Source: an uncultured virus (IMG/VR IMGVR_UViG_3300045284_000273) (Duplodnaviria > Heunggongvirae > Uroviricota > Caudoviricetes). From it: a stretch of DNA of 55,491 bases. Shown here piece after piece: positions 1-8,425 of the stretch. Positions within the stretch are counted from its first letter, which is position 1; every line of letters starts with the position of its first letter. A model generated the notes under the pieces. The model had not been told where the DNA came from. It did no database searches and saw nothing but the letters and a program-made list of their open reading frames with translations. The stretch lies in IMG/VR virus record IMGVR_UViG_3300045284_000273; one strand, written 5' to 3'. A program made the position numbers and the translations under genes.

Positions 1-33
1 GCAAGATCGCAGAGCGGGACTTGGAGGAATACT

Positions 34-357
34 TTGAGTGATGAGTTCTACGAGGCCGGGAAGATCGGCAAGTTCCTGCCGAGTTTGGGGGAGATGAAGG
101 TCCATCCCAAGGTCTATGCCGAGATTCAGCGTGGCGAACATCAGGAGACGTTGAAGCCGGTGCTCAGCCAGAGTTGGGGCGAGTGGGACGTGATTGTCAC
201 TACTGAGATACCAGCGGACAGGATCGTGTTCATCATTGCCGATGCGCAGGAGCAGGATGAGTTGCTGCACATCGCGCTGTTGCCGACCGAGGAAGAGTTG
301 GAGATGCGCGAGATCGAGCGGTTGCGGAAGTTGATTGCGGAGCAGAGCGGTGAGTGA
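34..357 (+). CDS. hypothetical phage protein
   Basis: GGAGG at 23-27 before TTG; overlaps upstream stop; acidic C-terminal helix EIERLRKL. Confidence 0.7.
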   Translation: MSDEFYEAGKIGKFLPSLGEMKVHPKVYAEIQRGEHQETLKPVLSQSWGEWDVIVTTEIPADRIVFIIADAQEQDELLHIALLPTEEELEMREIERLRKLIAEQSGE

Positions 358-622
358 CAGCGACGAGTGGACCCACTTGCCGTGGTGGGTCGAGGGCTAT
401 CCACTGGCTCGGCAACTGGACGATGAGCGCTGGCTGGTGGCTTTCCATCTGGCAGAGGGGCGCGGCCGTGTTGCCGTGGCCTGTGAGCAGGACGCCACGC
501 TGGAGGCCTATTGAATGCCCAGTTTCGAGGCGGCAGTTGTCGCCTGGACGAATTGGCCGGAGATTCCGGAAGGCTGGACTCGGCACATGTTGCCGAGCGG
601 GAATGAGTACCCATGTTCGTGA
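350..622 (+). CDS. small protein with in-frame TGA at 512-514 (possible Sec/readthrough; otherwise two coupled ORFs 350-514 and 515-622)
   Basis: Not in ORF track. GTG350 reads MSDSDEWTHLPWWVEGYPLARQLDDERWLVAFHLAEGRGRVAVACEQDATLEAY*MPSFEAAVVAWTNWPEIPEGWTRHMLPSGNEYPCS; it fills the gap between 34..357 and 613..894 with overlaps at both ends. Confidence 0.5.
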
Positions 623-894
623 TGTGTTACCCGGCCTATGGGCCTCCGCAGACGTTCTGCAGTTGCGGGCACTACATCGAAATGCATGTGCGCAAGCCGG
701 GGACGACGGCGGCGGTGTGTGTCGAGTGCATGGCTGTTGAGCTACAGCGGTTGGATCAGCGGCTCATCGAGCAGGGGGCGAACGTCCAGCGAGTGACGCT
801 GGTCGAGTTGAGCGATGAAGAGCAAGAGGCGTTGGAGTTGCTGGCCCTGCGGCGGCTGTTGGAGAAGGCCCATCGGGACGAAGATGGACGATGA
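613..894 (+). CDS. small Cys-rich (Zn-ribbon-like) hypothetical protein
   Basis: CSCGH...CVEC motifs; coupled to neighbours. Confidence 0.65.
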   Translation: MFVMCYPAYGPPQTFCSCGHYIEMHVRKPGTTAAVCVECMAVELQRLDQRLIEQGANVQRVTLVELSDEEQEALELLALRRLLEKAHRDEDGR

Positions 895-1195
895 GCGGGC
901 CTACAAGCCGTGGGCAGAAGTAGAGCAGTTGGCCAAGACGAGTTTCCACTGCCGGTTGTGCGGTGTCATCGAAGTCGTTGACACATCGGAGGGCTGGGTC
1001 AAACGCCATCTCGACGGCGAGCAGCATCAGGCCAAGATTGCCGAGGCCCAGAACAAGCACATGGTCGCCAACGCCGAGCGCTCGTTGAAACGCCAGGCGA
1101 AGATGGAGGCCGAGCAGCAGGCGCGCGAAGATGAGCAGGAGCGGCAGTGGTTGCGGGAAGAGATTGAGCGCATCCAGAGAGAGGACACGTTGTGA
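884..1195 (+). CDS. C2H2 (U1/matrin-like) zinc-finger hypothetical protein
   Basis: ATG884; FHCRLC...HLDGEQH spacing followed by coiled coil. Confidence 0.6.
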   Translation: MDDERAYKPWAEVEQLAKTSFHCRLCGVIEVVDTSEGWVKRHLDGEQHQAKIAEAQNKHMVANAERSLKRQAKMEAEQQAREDEQERQWLREEIERIQREDTL

Positions 1196-1416
1196 TACTG
1201 TTGACCGTGGTGACGACGATCGTGATGATCGTGACGTTCTTCGTCATACGTCAGGTCCAGCACAACAAGGCCAATGAAATCCTCGACTCGTTCTTCCGGC
1301 AATATGTGCCTCAAGAACACTGGCCGGAGCACCTCAAGCCGCTGCCGGACCCTGAGATGGCCGAAATCGAAGAGTTGCGCCGCAAGTTGAAAGAGCAGCA
1401 AGAAGGGGATATGTGA
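1192..1416 (+). CDS. small membrane-anchored protein
   Basis: N-terminal hydrophobic helix; GTGA overlap. Confidence 0.7.
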   Translation: MILLTVVTTIVMIVTFFVIRQVQHNKANEILDSFFRQYVPQEHWPEHLKPLPDPEMAEIEELRRKLKEQQEGDM

Positions 1417-1601
1417 TGGAGAACTTGACGTGGAGATGTCACATCTGCGGAGATGAGCGGCCGGATGACAAGATCGGAGTGCGTCAGCACCTGACGATGA
1501 TCCGCGGCATCGAGGTCACTCAGAACGTGAGATACTGCACCGATCGGCCGGATTGCATCATCGGCGCAGAGAGCTTCCGGTTCGTCAGAGAGACGCTGTG
1601 A
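1413..1601 (+). CDS. small Zn-binding hypothetical protein
   Basis: CHIC...C..C; GTGA overlaps. Confidence 0.65.
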   Translation: MMENLTWRCHICGDERPDDKIGVRQHLTMIRGIEVTQNVRYCTDRPDCIIGAESFRFVRETL

Positions 1602-1936
1602 CACCACAGGAGTTGATCATCAGGGTCAAGTCGCGCCATCCGATCCAGTACGGCTTCCTCGGCAAGCTGATGATCGTCAACACCGAGAACGTGGTCGATG
1701 AGCGGATGACCGAGCGGTTCAACCGCTGTCCGGTGTGCGAGCAGTGGAGTCCGTGCGATGTGCGCGAGGTGGCCGACCTGTTGGAGCAGGAGATGGCGTT
1801 GGCCGACGACATCATGGACGTGCTGGCCCACATGGTCATCGGTTGGGAGGATCAGTTGGGTGTCGATCTGGCGCAGCATCCGGAAGTGCTGCGGGTGGCC
1901 GAGCGATACCGGGCTATGCGCGGGAGGCCACAATGA
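1598..1936 (+). CDS. hypothetical protein
   Basis: GTG1598 overlaps previous stop; CPVC motif. Confidence 0.6.
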   Translation: MTPQELIIRVKSRHPIQYGFLGKLMIVNTENVVDERMTERFNRCPVCEQWSPCDVREVADLLEQEMALADDIMDVLAHMVIGWEDQLGVDLAQHPEVLRVAERYRAMRGRPQ

Positions 1937-2546
1937 GCACTTCGTTCTCGGGCCTCTTGTCCGAGTTCGCAGGGCCGCGGTACCGTTTGGTCGGCACTGG
2001 GGTCACTGCGTCCATCCTGTAACCAGACATGTTGAGGATGTGTCGCCAAGGCTGTGACATCGGTTGATCGACGTTCAACAGCACGCGGTGATCCCAGTGC
2101 CGCACGACTTCGGCGTGAGCGGCATAGAAGGCCTCTGGACGGCGGGCGAGCCGTGCCAGATTGTCCCTATCGAGCGGCCGACCCAAGGAGACTCCGTAGG
2201 CCCGCCGTCCGTTGGGCTTGGTCGTATCCTTCGGGCCGTCAACGTAGTCGGTGCTGACCCGGTTCAGGTACACCGGCGATGTGACAACGATGAACGGGCG
2301 CGGCGGGTAGCTCATCGAGTGTGCCGAGTTGCCCTGCAGGACGCGCGGATCAGAGTCCTCCCATACCTCGATATCGGTGCCGGTGAACTCGCAGCCCAGT
2401 TCGTCGCACAGCGCCCCGAGGCGCACTCCCCGTCCGGCAAAGGGGTCGTGGACCCGCTCACCGGCCTTGAGGCGCAATCTCAGGCCGTCGATGACTTCCG
2501 GTGAGAACTCGGCCGGATGCAGCGGCACAGGGCCTGTGAGGCTCAC
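1914..2546 (-). CDS. DNA methyltransferase-like protein (N4-C/N6-A type)
   Basis: HPAEF, SAM-binding DPFAGRG and catalytic-like TSPVY (SPPY variant); GTG2546 overlaps upstream stop. Confidence 0.7.
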   Translation of the reverse strand: MSLTGPVPLHPAEFSPEVIDGLRLRLKAGERVHDPFAGRGVRLGALCDELGCEFTGTDIEVWEDSDPRVLQGNSAHSMSYPPRPFIVVTSPVYLNRVSTDYVDGPKDTTKPNGRRAYGVSLGRPLDRDNLARLARRPEAFYAAHAEVVRHWDHRVLLNVDQPMSQPWRHILNMSGYRMDAVTPVPTKRYRGPANSDKRPENEVLIVASRA

Positions 2547-2707
2547 GGCTGGCCCTGACAGACGCCCTCGACGGCGATCACCAAGTCGTTGGCGTTGGGG
2601 TACACCTTGGCCAGGTTGTAGGCGACACGTTCCCGGCACAGCTTCGGTTGGCTGTTGGTCGTGCAGGCCGTCAGTGGGATCAGGAGCAGCACGAGCGCCG
2701 TCCTCAC
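2543..2707 (-). CDS. small lipoprotein
   Basis: MRTALVLLLIPLTAC lipobox; GTGA coupling at both ends. Confidence 0.6.
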   Translation of the reverse strand: MRTALVLLLIPLTACTTNSQPKLCRERVAYNLAKVYPNANDLVIAVEGVCQGQP

Positions 2708-2808
2708 ACCCTTCCGACTCTCCAGGCGGCGATGATGCATATGACGATCAGTGTTATCCCGCCGACCCACCACTGAACCAGCCAGGTCGGAATCGTCAGA
2801 GCGCCCAT
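2704..2808 (-). CDS. 34-aa membrane peptide
   Basis: Not in ORF track; MGALTIPTWLVQWWVGGITLIVICIIAAWRVGRV bridges the adjacent genes with overlaps. Confidence 0.5.
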   Translation of the reverse strand: MGALTIPTWLVQWWVGGITLIVICIIAAWRVGRV

Positions 2809-3434
2809 GGTCCCCATCCATCTCCCCGAGCACCGTTGGCGGCGTCGGCACGTTGATACAGAGCGTAAGCGGCCTCAGCGTTGGTCTGAGCGTCCTGAAG
2901 CTGCGACTGGGCGCAGATGCCCATCTGCGGGCACAGCCAGCCTCTGTGGACGGTCCACATGATCTGGAACAGGCCGGTGGCGTTGCCATTGCGGTTGATC
3001 ACTTCGGGCTGCAGGTTCGATTCGCGCTTGGCGATAGCAAGGGCTTTCGCCTCTAGTTCGTCAGGCCACACAGATCGGATAATGTCCTCAACACTCATCG
3101 GCTGCGGGACGGCGACCGGAGGGTTCAGGCGTACCGCTGGGGCCGTTGCATCGGCCCCGGCGATGCCGAGCGACGTGAGCACCTGGGTGCCGACGAGGCC
3201 GTCAATGACCAGGTGATTGGCCTTCTGCCAGTGGCGGATGGCCCGGTCGGCGCGCGCTGGTGTGTCGATCGAGTAGCCGTAGTCGTGCAGCTTGGCCAGA
3301 GCGCGCAACGTGTCGGAGACGGCCGGTGCTGTCGGCGCTGGCGGCTTGGGAAGCGCTACGGCCGGTGTGTAGCTCAGCAGGGCACTGGTCGGGACGAGCA
3401 GCGCTACGAGCGCGCAGGCAATACGAGACTTCAA
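2796..3434 (-). CDS. secreted peptidoglycan-binding + lytic transglycosylase (SLT/lysozyme-like) protein
   Basis: Signal peptide; PG_binding_1-like AIRHWQKANHLVIDGLVGTQV; KRES...ATGLFQI...NAEAA...W motifs; GGAGG RBS. Confidence 0.8.
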   Translation of the reverse strand: MKSRIACALVALLVPTSALLSYTPAVALPKPPAPTAPAVSDTLRALAKLHDYGYSIDTPARADRAIRHWQKANHLVIDGLVGTQVLTSLGIAGADATAPAVRLNPPVAVPQPMSVEDIIRSVWPDELEAKALAIAKRESNLQPEVINRNGNATGLFQIMWTVHRGWLCPQMGICAQSQLQDAQTNAEAAYALYQRADAANGARGDGWGPWAL

Positions 3435-3503
3435 TGTGATCCTCCTTGAACAACCGCCCGTGAATGCTTAGCACACGGTGGCGAGCGGGGTAAAGTGGGG
3501 GGA

Positions 3504-3635
3504 GTGAGCTTCAAGACAGAGGTCTATCTCGGCATGGCGATAGCAGGTCTGACAATCGTCGGAGCCGTGCTGGCGATCTTCCTCGACCTCGGTTCGTATG
3601 CTCGCTCCTACCGGCGATGGAGACGAGGGAAATGA
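3504..3635 (+). CDS. small membrane protein (leaderless)
   Basis: TAAAGT 7 nt before GTG; single hydrophobic helix; ATGA overlap with next gene. Confidence 0.55.
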   Translation: MSFKTEVYLGMAIAGLTIVGAVLAIFLDLGSYARSYRRWRRGK

Positions 3636-4003
3636 CCAAGCGCGCTGCAACCATTCGAGCCGATCTGTACGAACTGGTCATGGCTCGACTGTTCGAGAAA
3701 GGCGTTGACAACCTGCTCGACTTCAACCGCAAGTACGCCACGCCCAAGAACATGCATCCGGCCGTGTTCGATGAGCCGCTGTGCCCATTCGTCAACTGCC
3801 TGTGCCCTGACGACCTGTGCTGGCTCCCGGCCGGACACGTCGGAGCAGATGATGGGTATCACATCACCGGCACGGTGGCTTTCGACTACGCCCTCAAGTG
3901 GAGCTACGGCAAGACCGACATGGCCCCGGTCGGTACGTCTCGGCACGACTTGATCCAGAGAGGTGCCAAGTTGATGCGCGAGAGGTTCCCAGACGATGGC
4001 TGA
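3632..4003 (+). CDS. hypothetical protein
   Basis: ORF with high-GC codon bias, coupled to neighbours. Confidence 0.65.
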   Translation: MTKRAATIRADLYELVMARLFEKGVDNLLDFNRKYATPKNMHPAVFDEPLCPFVNCLCPDDLCWLPAGHVGADDGYHITGTVAFDYALKWSYGKTDMAPVGTSRHDLIQRGAKLMRERFPDDG

Positions 4004-4193
4004 GCGAACCTGCTCGCATCGCTGGATGGCCAGTCGAGTGGAAGTGGAGACTCTGCCGGTGCAGCACGTTTGTGTGCTGGCGGCGAACTGGCTCACTCAC
4101 TTCCAGGCCGGGGCCGTTCATGTGTGTAGCTGCGGAGCGAAGGCGACTTGTGCCAAGGACGACAACTTCGGCGCTTACACTCACCGGCAATGA
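3996..4193 (+). CDS. small Cys/His-rich hypothetical protein
   Basis: C-x-H...HxC...H...HxCxCG pattern. Confidence 0.55.
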   Translation: MAERTCSHRWMASRVEVETLPVQHVCVLAANWLTHFQAGAVHVCSCGAKATCAKDDNFGAYTHRQ

Positions 4194-4348
4194 AGACCAT
4201 CAGCATCATGATCGACGTGCAGGTGGAAACCGACGTGGACGAGGCCATGTTGGCCGAGAAGCTGTTTGACTTCCTGGCCGAGGACATTGACGACTACTTC
4301 CCCGAGATCACCACTGTGGACAGTTACGACTACAAAGTGCTCGGTTGA
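4190..4348 (+). CDS. small acidic hypothetical protein
   Basis: ATGA overlap; codon bias. Confidence 0.6.
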   Translation: MKTISIMIDVQVETDVDEAMLAEKLFDFLAEDIDDYFPEITTVDSYDYKVLG

Positions 4349-4368
4349 AAGTGGGGTATGGTGGGGCT

Positions 4369-4659
4369 ATGGCACCACTACCTGCACTGCACTTCGATGT
4401 TCAACTGTCCGAGCCGTACGAGTACCAGGGAACCAACGGCCCGACGCTCAGCAGGCGCAATCTGCAGTACGACATCATCACCACCACGGCTCAGCGAGCC
4501 ATCGAACTGGTATTACAACAGCACCCTCAGGGGATCGTCCACGTCGTGCAACGTCGCGGCACAGGCCGGTTGATCTTCGACCCAGAGTTGAACCTGGGTG
4601 CGACCGAAGACGCTGCCGCCAAGCCGAACATGATGCCGGTGATGGACCTGACGCAATGA
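4369..4659 (+). CDS. hypothetical protein (leaderless)
   Basis: TATGGT 6 nt before ATG4369. Confidence 0.6.
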   Translation: MAPLPALHFDVQLSEPYEYQGTNGPTLSRRNLQYDIITTTAQRAIELVLQQHPQGIVHVVQRRGTGRLIFDPELNLGATEDAAAKPNMMPVMDLTQ

Positions 4660-4820
4660 TGACGCCGAAAGAGCGCGCGCTGGCCACCAAGATCGACCGC
4701 GAGTTGCTGTTCTTGGCTCCGGAGCGTTCGGTTGGCGAGTATCTCATCGAGAAGGGGTACATCGAAGTCGAAGAAGACGAGGACGAGGACGATGAAGACG
4801 GAGAGGATGGCGTCCAATGA
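4656..4820 (+). CDS. small protein with acidic tail
   Basis: ATGA overlaps; EEDEDEDDEDGED tail. Confidence 0.6.
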   Translation: MMTPKERALATKIDRELLFLAPERSVGEYLIEKGYIEVEEDEDEDDEDGEDGVQ

Positions 4821-5014
4821 AGGTGGTCTTCGTGTTGGAGTTCGATGTCGTGCCCGGTCCTGATGTCGAAGCGCTGACCAACCAGGTCGGCAACGGGCTG
4901 GCGGGGATGAGGCAGGCCCAGAGAGGGCTGGAGCCGGTGACCAGTACATGGCGGGAGACGTACATCGCCATCCAAGAGAGCGCCGATGCGGCGTTGGCAG
5001 CGGTCAAGCCGTGA
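4817..5014 (+). CDS. hypothetical protein
   Basis: ATGA overlap. Confidence 0.6.
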   Translation: MKVVFVLEFDVVPGPDVEALTNQVGNGLAGMRQAQRGLEPVTSTWRETYIAIQESADAALAAVKP

Positions 5015-5043
5015 TTTCCCTAAGGGATTCCCTTAGCGAAATC
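5013..5043. repeat. near-perfect 31-bp inverted repeat (terminator or operator)
   Basis: GATTTC-C-CTAAGGGA-T-TCCCTTAG-C-GAAATC immediately after an operon end. Confidence 0.6.
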
Positions 5044-5078
5044 CCCACTTTCACCCGCTCCTAACCTAGGCTGGCGCT

Positions 5079-5200
5079 GTGGAGGGGCCTAGCTCAGCCT
5101 TTCAGTGTGAAGGACGACCTGGCGTTCTTGCCATTTGCGCTCAACATCGGGGAAATCTGTGTGACTGCCACTGCCTCGGAAGGTCGTCCGGCCCCTCCAC
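5079..5200 (+). ncRNA. candidate structured ncRNA (122 nt), family unknown
   Basis: 11-bp terminal helix 5079-5089/5190-5200, 9-bp helix 5112-5120/5181-5189, TAGGCT -10 element 6 nt upstream of 5079. Confidence 0.5.
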
Positions 5201-5228
5201 GATGTGATACTCCCGAAAGGAGACGGAT

Positions 5229-5498
5229 ATGTGGCCAACGTGCCAGATATGCCTGGAGGACTTGACGGAAGCAGAGGTGAACGACACTCATCAGATCAAC
5301 GCTCATCGCGAGTGCCTGCTGCGTGACGCCATCGGTGGAATCGGCCATCTGATCGCCCACGAGTTCTGGTGCGTGCTGCGCCACGATCCCGATGCCGGGT
5401 TCACCTACCGGCAATCGGCCCTTCTGGTGGCGGCGTCGGTTCATGTGCTCGGGATTGATGCAGCGGTAGAACGTAGTTCACATCACGATCTTCATTGA
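5229..5498 (+). CDS. hypothetical Zn-binding protein
   Basis: AGGAG RBS; CQIC...HREC. Confidence 0.65.
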   Translation: MWPTCQICLEDLTEAEVNDTHQINAHRECLLRDAIGGIGHLIAHEFWCVLRHDPDAGFTYRQSALLVAASVHVLGIDAAVERSSHHDLH

Positions 5499-5634
5499 GC
5501 AGCCTGACAACGCGCGAGGCGAAGGCTTCGCTCATCCCGTCAGCCATCTGACGATCGCCTCCGGCACCGGCCCGTTTGATGATCCGCCATCTCTTCTCCC
5601 ACATGAACTTCTGCTTGTAGTAGTCACCACTCAT
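5401..5634 (-). CDS. hypothetical protein (leaderless)
   Basis: TACATT 6 nt before ATG5634; 3' end overlaps the convergent gene by about 100 nt. Confidence 0.4.
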   Translation of the reverse strand: MSGDYYKQKFMWEKRWRIIKRAGAGGDRQMADGMSEAFASRVVRLLNEDRDVNYVLPLHQSRAHEPTPPPEGPIAGR

Positions 5635-5701
5635 GGGCAGAATGTACCAGTCCCGTTCGTGGCTACACTGCTGTGCCCGTCCCACCCCACTTGGAGGATG
5701 T

Positions 5702-5935
5702 ATGAGCGCTACCCCGAGTTCACCCCCTGGCTACTTTGCCGACGACGATCACGCCATGAGGGCAGGTTTCCTCATCGGCACGTTGATGAAGGCAGGGGTC
5801 CACATCATCCCCGACACCGATGAAGAGGGCAACTACATGCCCACGATGGCCATCCAGATTCCGCCGTTCGCTGAATGGTTCAAGCCGATCGAAATCTGGG
5901 TCAAGGTCCTTCCCGGCAAACCGGAGACGCCATGA
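5702..5935 (+). CDS. hypothetical protein
   Basis: GGAGG RBS before ATG5702. Confidence 0.65.
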   Translation: MSATPSSPPGYFADDDHAMRAGFLIGTLMKAGVHIIPDTDEEGNYMPTMAIQIPPFAEWFKPIEIWVKVLPGKPETP

Positions 5936-6216
5936 CGATGGAGCACTTCCGCATCGACAAGATCATCTGCCCATGGTGCACCTCGATCCACGACTGCGCA
6001 TCGGGTATCGAGGCCAACGAGCGCCCTCCCGAGGATGGTGATACCAACATCTGCATCCGCTGCGAGTGTATTTCGATCTACGACTCCACGGTCCCTGGCG
6101 GCCTCCGTCTCCCCACCGACGTAGAGCTTGTCGAGGCAATGGACGACGAAGAGGTGCAGAAGACCCTATGGGCACTGAACCAAACGCACTATCTCATCAA
6201 GAAAGGGAACAACTGA
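5932..6216 (+). CDS. Zn-ribbon hypothetical protein
   Basis: CPWC...PEDGD..IC..C. Confidence 0.65.
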   Translation: MTMEHFRIDKIICPWCTSIHDCASGIEANERPPEDGDTNICIRCECISIYDSTVPGGLRLPTDVELVEAMDDEEVQKTLWALNQTHYLIKKGNN

Positions 6217-6683
6217 TGGAACAGGAAATCACCGAGGTCACCGATACCGGGGTATCACAAGAAGATCAAACGGAGGCACCTCCTCGGGGCCACACCCTTC
6301 TCGACACCGATGACGCGATGCTCTGGGCGGAAGAGTTCGTGCGCATCTTCACCGGGCAGACCGTGGGCGGCGAGCACGGAGAAATCTCTCGGGCCGTAGA
6401 TGTCGGCCTGATGGTCAGTTGGTTCGCCAACGCCATCGAGACGGGCAAGCGCTTCGGGATGGAGTCGCTGAACTGTGACGGTCCCTTCTGGGCGTTCACG
6501 CACTTCTACAACATGGACAAGGGCAACGCGGCGATGCACTGCGCTCCAGTGCGGTTCAGCCCGATCACCTTCCGGCTGGCCGAGTTCCTGCGCGACACGA
6601 TGCCGTTGCTGAGCCTGCACAGCCCCGAGTACAACGAAGTGATGGACCATCTCGGCAGGTATCCGGAGGACAACGGTCGGTGA
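6216..6683 (+). CDS. hypothetical protein
   Basis: TGATG overlap; DAMLWAEEF...WFANAIETG. Confidence 0.65.
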   Translation: MEQEITEVTDTGVSQEDQTEAPPRGHTLLDTDDAMLWAEEFVRIFTGQTVGGEHGEISRAVDVGLMVSWFANAIETGKRFGMESLNCDGPFWAFTHFYNMDKGNAAMHCAPVRFSPITFRLAEFLRDTMPLLSLHSPEYNEVMDHLGRYPEDNGR

Positions 6684-6916
6684 GGCTGTACATCCACGTC
6701 GAACTGGACTCGGGCGGTCGCGTCAACATCTCCGGTGACGACCTCAGTGCCGAAGATGTCAACGAGGTCTTCACCATCTTGGGCGGAAAGACGGTCAGTT
6801 CGTCATGGACTTCTTCGGAGTCGATTGACGTACCGCTGCCAAGCCACGACGGTCGGGTATATCCGGCTCCGAGCCAGGACCAACCATCATCGTTTGAGCG
6901 ACCTGGTGGTCACTGA
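6680..6916 (+). CDS. hypothetical protein
   Basis: GTGA overlap. Confidence 0.55.
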   Translation: MRLYIHVELDSGGRVNISGDDLSAEDVNEVFTILGGKTVSSSWTSSESIDVPLPSHDGRVYPAPSQDQPSSFERPGGH

Positions 6917-6953
6917 TTAGCAACTCTGCATAGGGAACGGTATAGTTTGCGCC

Positions 6954-7838
6954 GTGGAGAGCGCTGAGAAGATCGCCAAGGTCGTCAACGACCTCAAGAC
7001 CGGGCGCTTCAACACCTTGGGGGACATGGACCTCAAGGACACCCTGAACTCGCTGCTGATCTTGCTCCAACAGTCCCCGGTCATCGACGCCACGATGATC
7101 TACCGCAACCTGGTGAACACCAAGAAGCCGATCGACGTGTACGGCGACCATGTGATGCTGCCGCCGTGGCGCTCGGCGGTGGTGTCATACGTCAACGAGC
7201 ACGGCAACGTCATCTGCATGATGGTGATCGCTTCGGAGACGATCGAAATCGAGAACCGTAACGCCAAGCTCGCCCGTTGGGAGACGGATAACGAAGTCGA
7301 TTGGGAGCGCGTCGAGTGGGTCTATCTGATCAACGTGTGGGCCGGTGGGCACACAGCCTCTGGAGAAGCAGTGGTTACCACCGGCCCGCTGCACATGTGG
7401 GAGATAGCGGTCTATCCAGACGGTGAGATGGCCGACTTCCACTGGGTGCAATTGGACCCCAAGGTGCCGATGGAGCAGTGGGACATGGCCGGGTGGGTCA
7501 CGCTCGGGGCGATCAACTTCATGAACTGCGTCAACGTCGAGCTTGTCGAGCCGGTGCGTCAGCGCTCTGTACAACGACGTTTGGCCCGCACTGGTGTGCG
7601 GGTCTCCGAGATACACGTTCGTCCGATATCGAAGTCATACCGTGGTACGGGCGGCGGCACTACCCCCGGAGTGCCGCTGCACTCTGTCCGCGGCCACTTT
7701 GCCCGCTACGGCCCCAAGTACGACCGGGCGCTGCTGTTCGGCAAGTACGAGGGCCGCTACTGGATTCCAGCCCACGCTCGGGGATCGTCGGAGTACGGCT
7801 CCACCGAGCAAACCTACGTGATTGAAACGGAGAATTGA
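6954..7838 (+). CDS. conserved-looking phage protein with C-terminal HxVRGH motif
   Basis: 294 aa; HSVRGHF...WIPAHARG; TATAGT 7 nt before GTG. Confidence 0.75.
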   Translation: MESAEKIAKVVNDLKTGRFNTLGDMDLKDTLNSLLILLQQSPVIDATMIYRNLVNTKKPIDVYGDHVMLPPWRSAVVSYVNEHGNVICMMVIASETIEIENRNAKLARWETDNEVDWERVEWVYLINVWAGGHTASGEAVVTTGPLHMWEIAVYPDGEMADFHWVQLDPKVPMEQWDMAGWVTLGAINFMNCVNVELVEPVRQRSVQRRLARTGVRVSEIHVRPISKSYRGTGGGTTPGVPLHSVRGHFARYGPKYDRALLFGKYEGRYWIPAHARGSSEYGSTEQTYVIETEN

Positions 7839-8350
7839 TGACCACCCATCCCCACCTGTGGGCAGATACGCGGACTTCCGATGAACGGTGGTACAGCGAC
7901 GTGTCGGTGCTCTCTGTCGAGCAGTTGCGCGCCCTGTTGCCGTTGTTGCGCAGCACGGCGCGCGCCACTCAGCGTCGCGTGGATTTCGTGAGGATGATCA
8001 TCGACTTGGAGCCGAGTGAGTGTCACTGCGATCGACGCTGGACTTCAACCTTCATGCGACATGAAGAGGGCTGTCCGTTGCGATGCCTTGAGGACACCGC
8101 GGAGCTTCCCATCGTCACCGACGAGCCGGTGACGGAGCCGGTGTTGTGCCGCAAGTGCGATCAGCCCATCATCGGGTATCGCTTCGGCTCCGAGCAGAAC
8201 GGCTGGGAGCACATGGTCGGTGAGTGCTCAGCGCAAGAGCAGGACGACGATCACGATGATGAGGATGAGAACGATGGCTCCACCACCAATGACCATGACC
8301 CGACTCTAGTCGAACACGATCAGACGCTGATCGAGCACGAGTCAGCCTGA
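7838..8350 (+). CDS. hypothetical Cys-rich protein
   Basis: TGATG overlap; CHC..H..C and CRKC...WEH. Confidence 0.6.
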   Translation: MTTHPHLWADTRTSDERWYSDVSVLSVEQLRALLPLLRSTARATQRRVDFVRMIIDLEPSECHCDRRWTSTFMRHEEGCPLRCLEDTAELPIVTDEPVTEPVLCRKCDQPIIGYRFGSEQNGWEHMVGECSAQEQDDDHDDEDENDGSTTNDHDPTLVEHDQTLIEHESA

Positions 8351-8425
8351 TACTCTGGCCCTTGGTCGGCCTGGCGAATGCCCGTCGCATCCATGACATA
8401 GTTCCATCCATCACGGAGGTCAGTC

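Noticed and set aside
5140..5190. Cobalamin riboswitch (GGGAA, GCCACTG, GGAAGG fragments)
   Set aside because: The remaining core elements and spacing are missing; kept only as an unknown structured RNA
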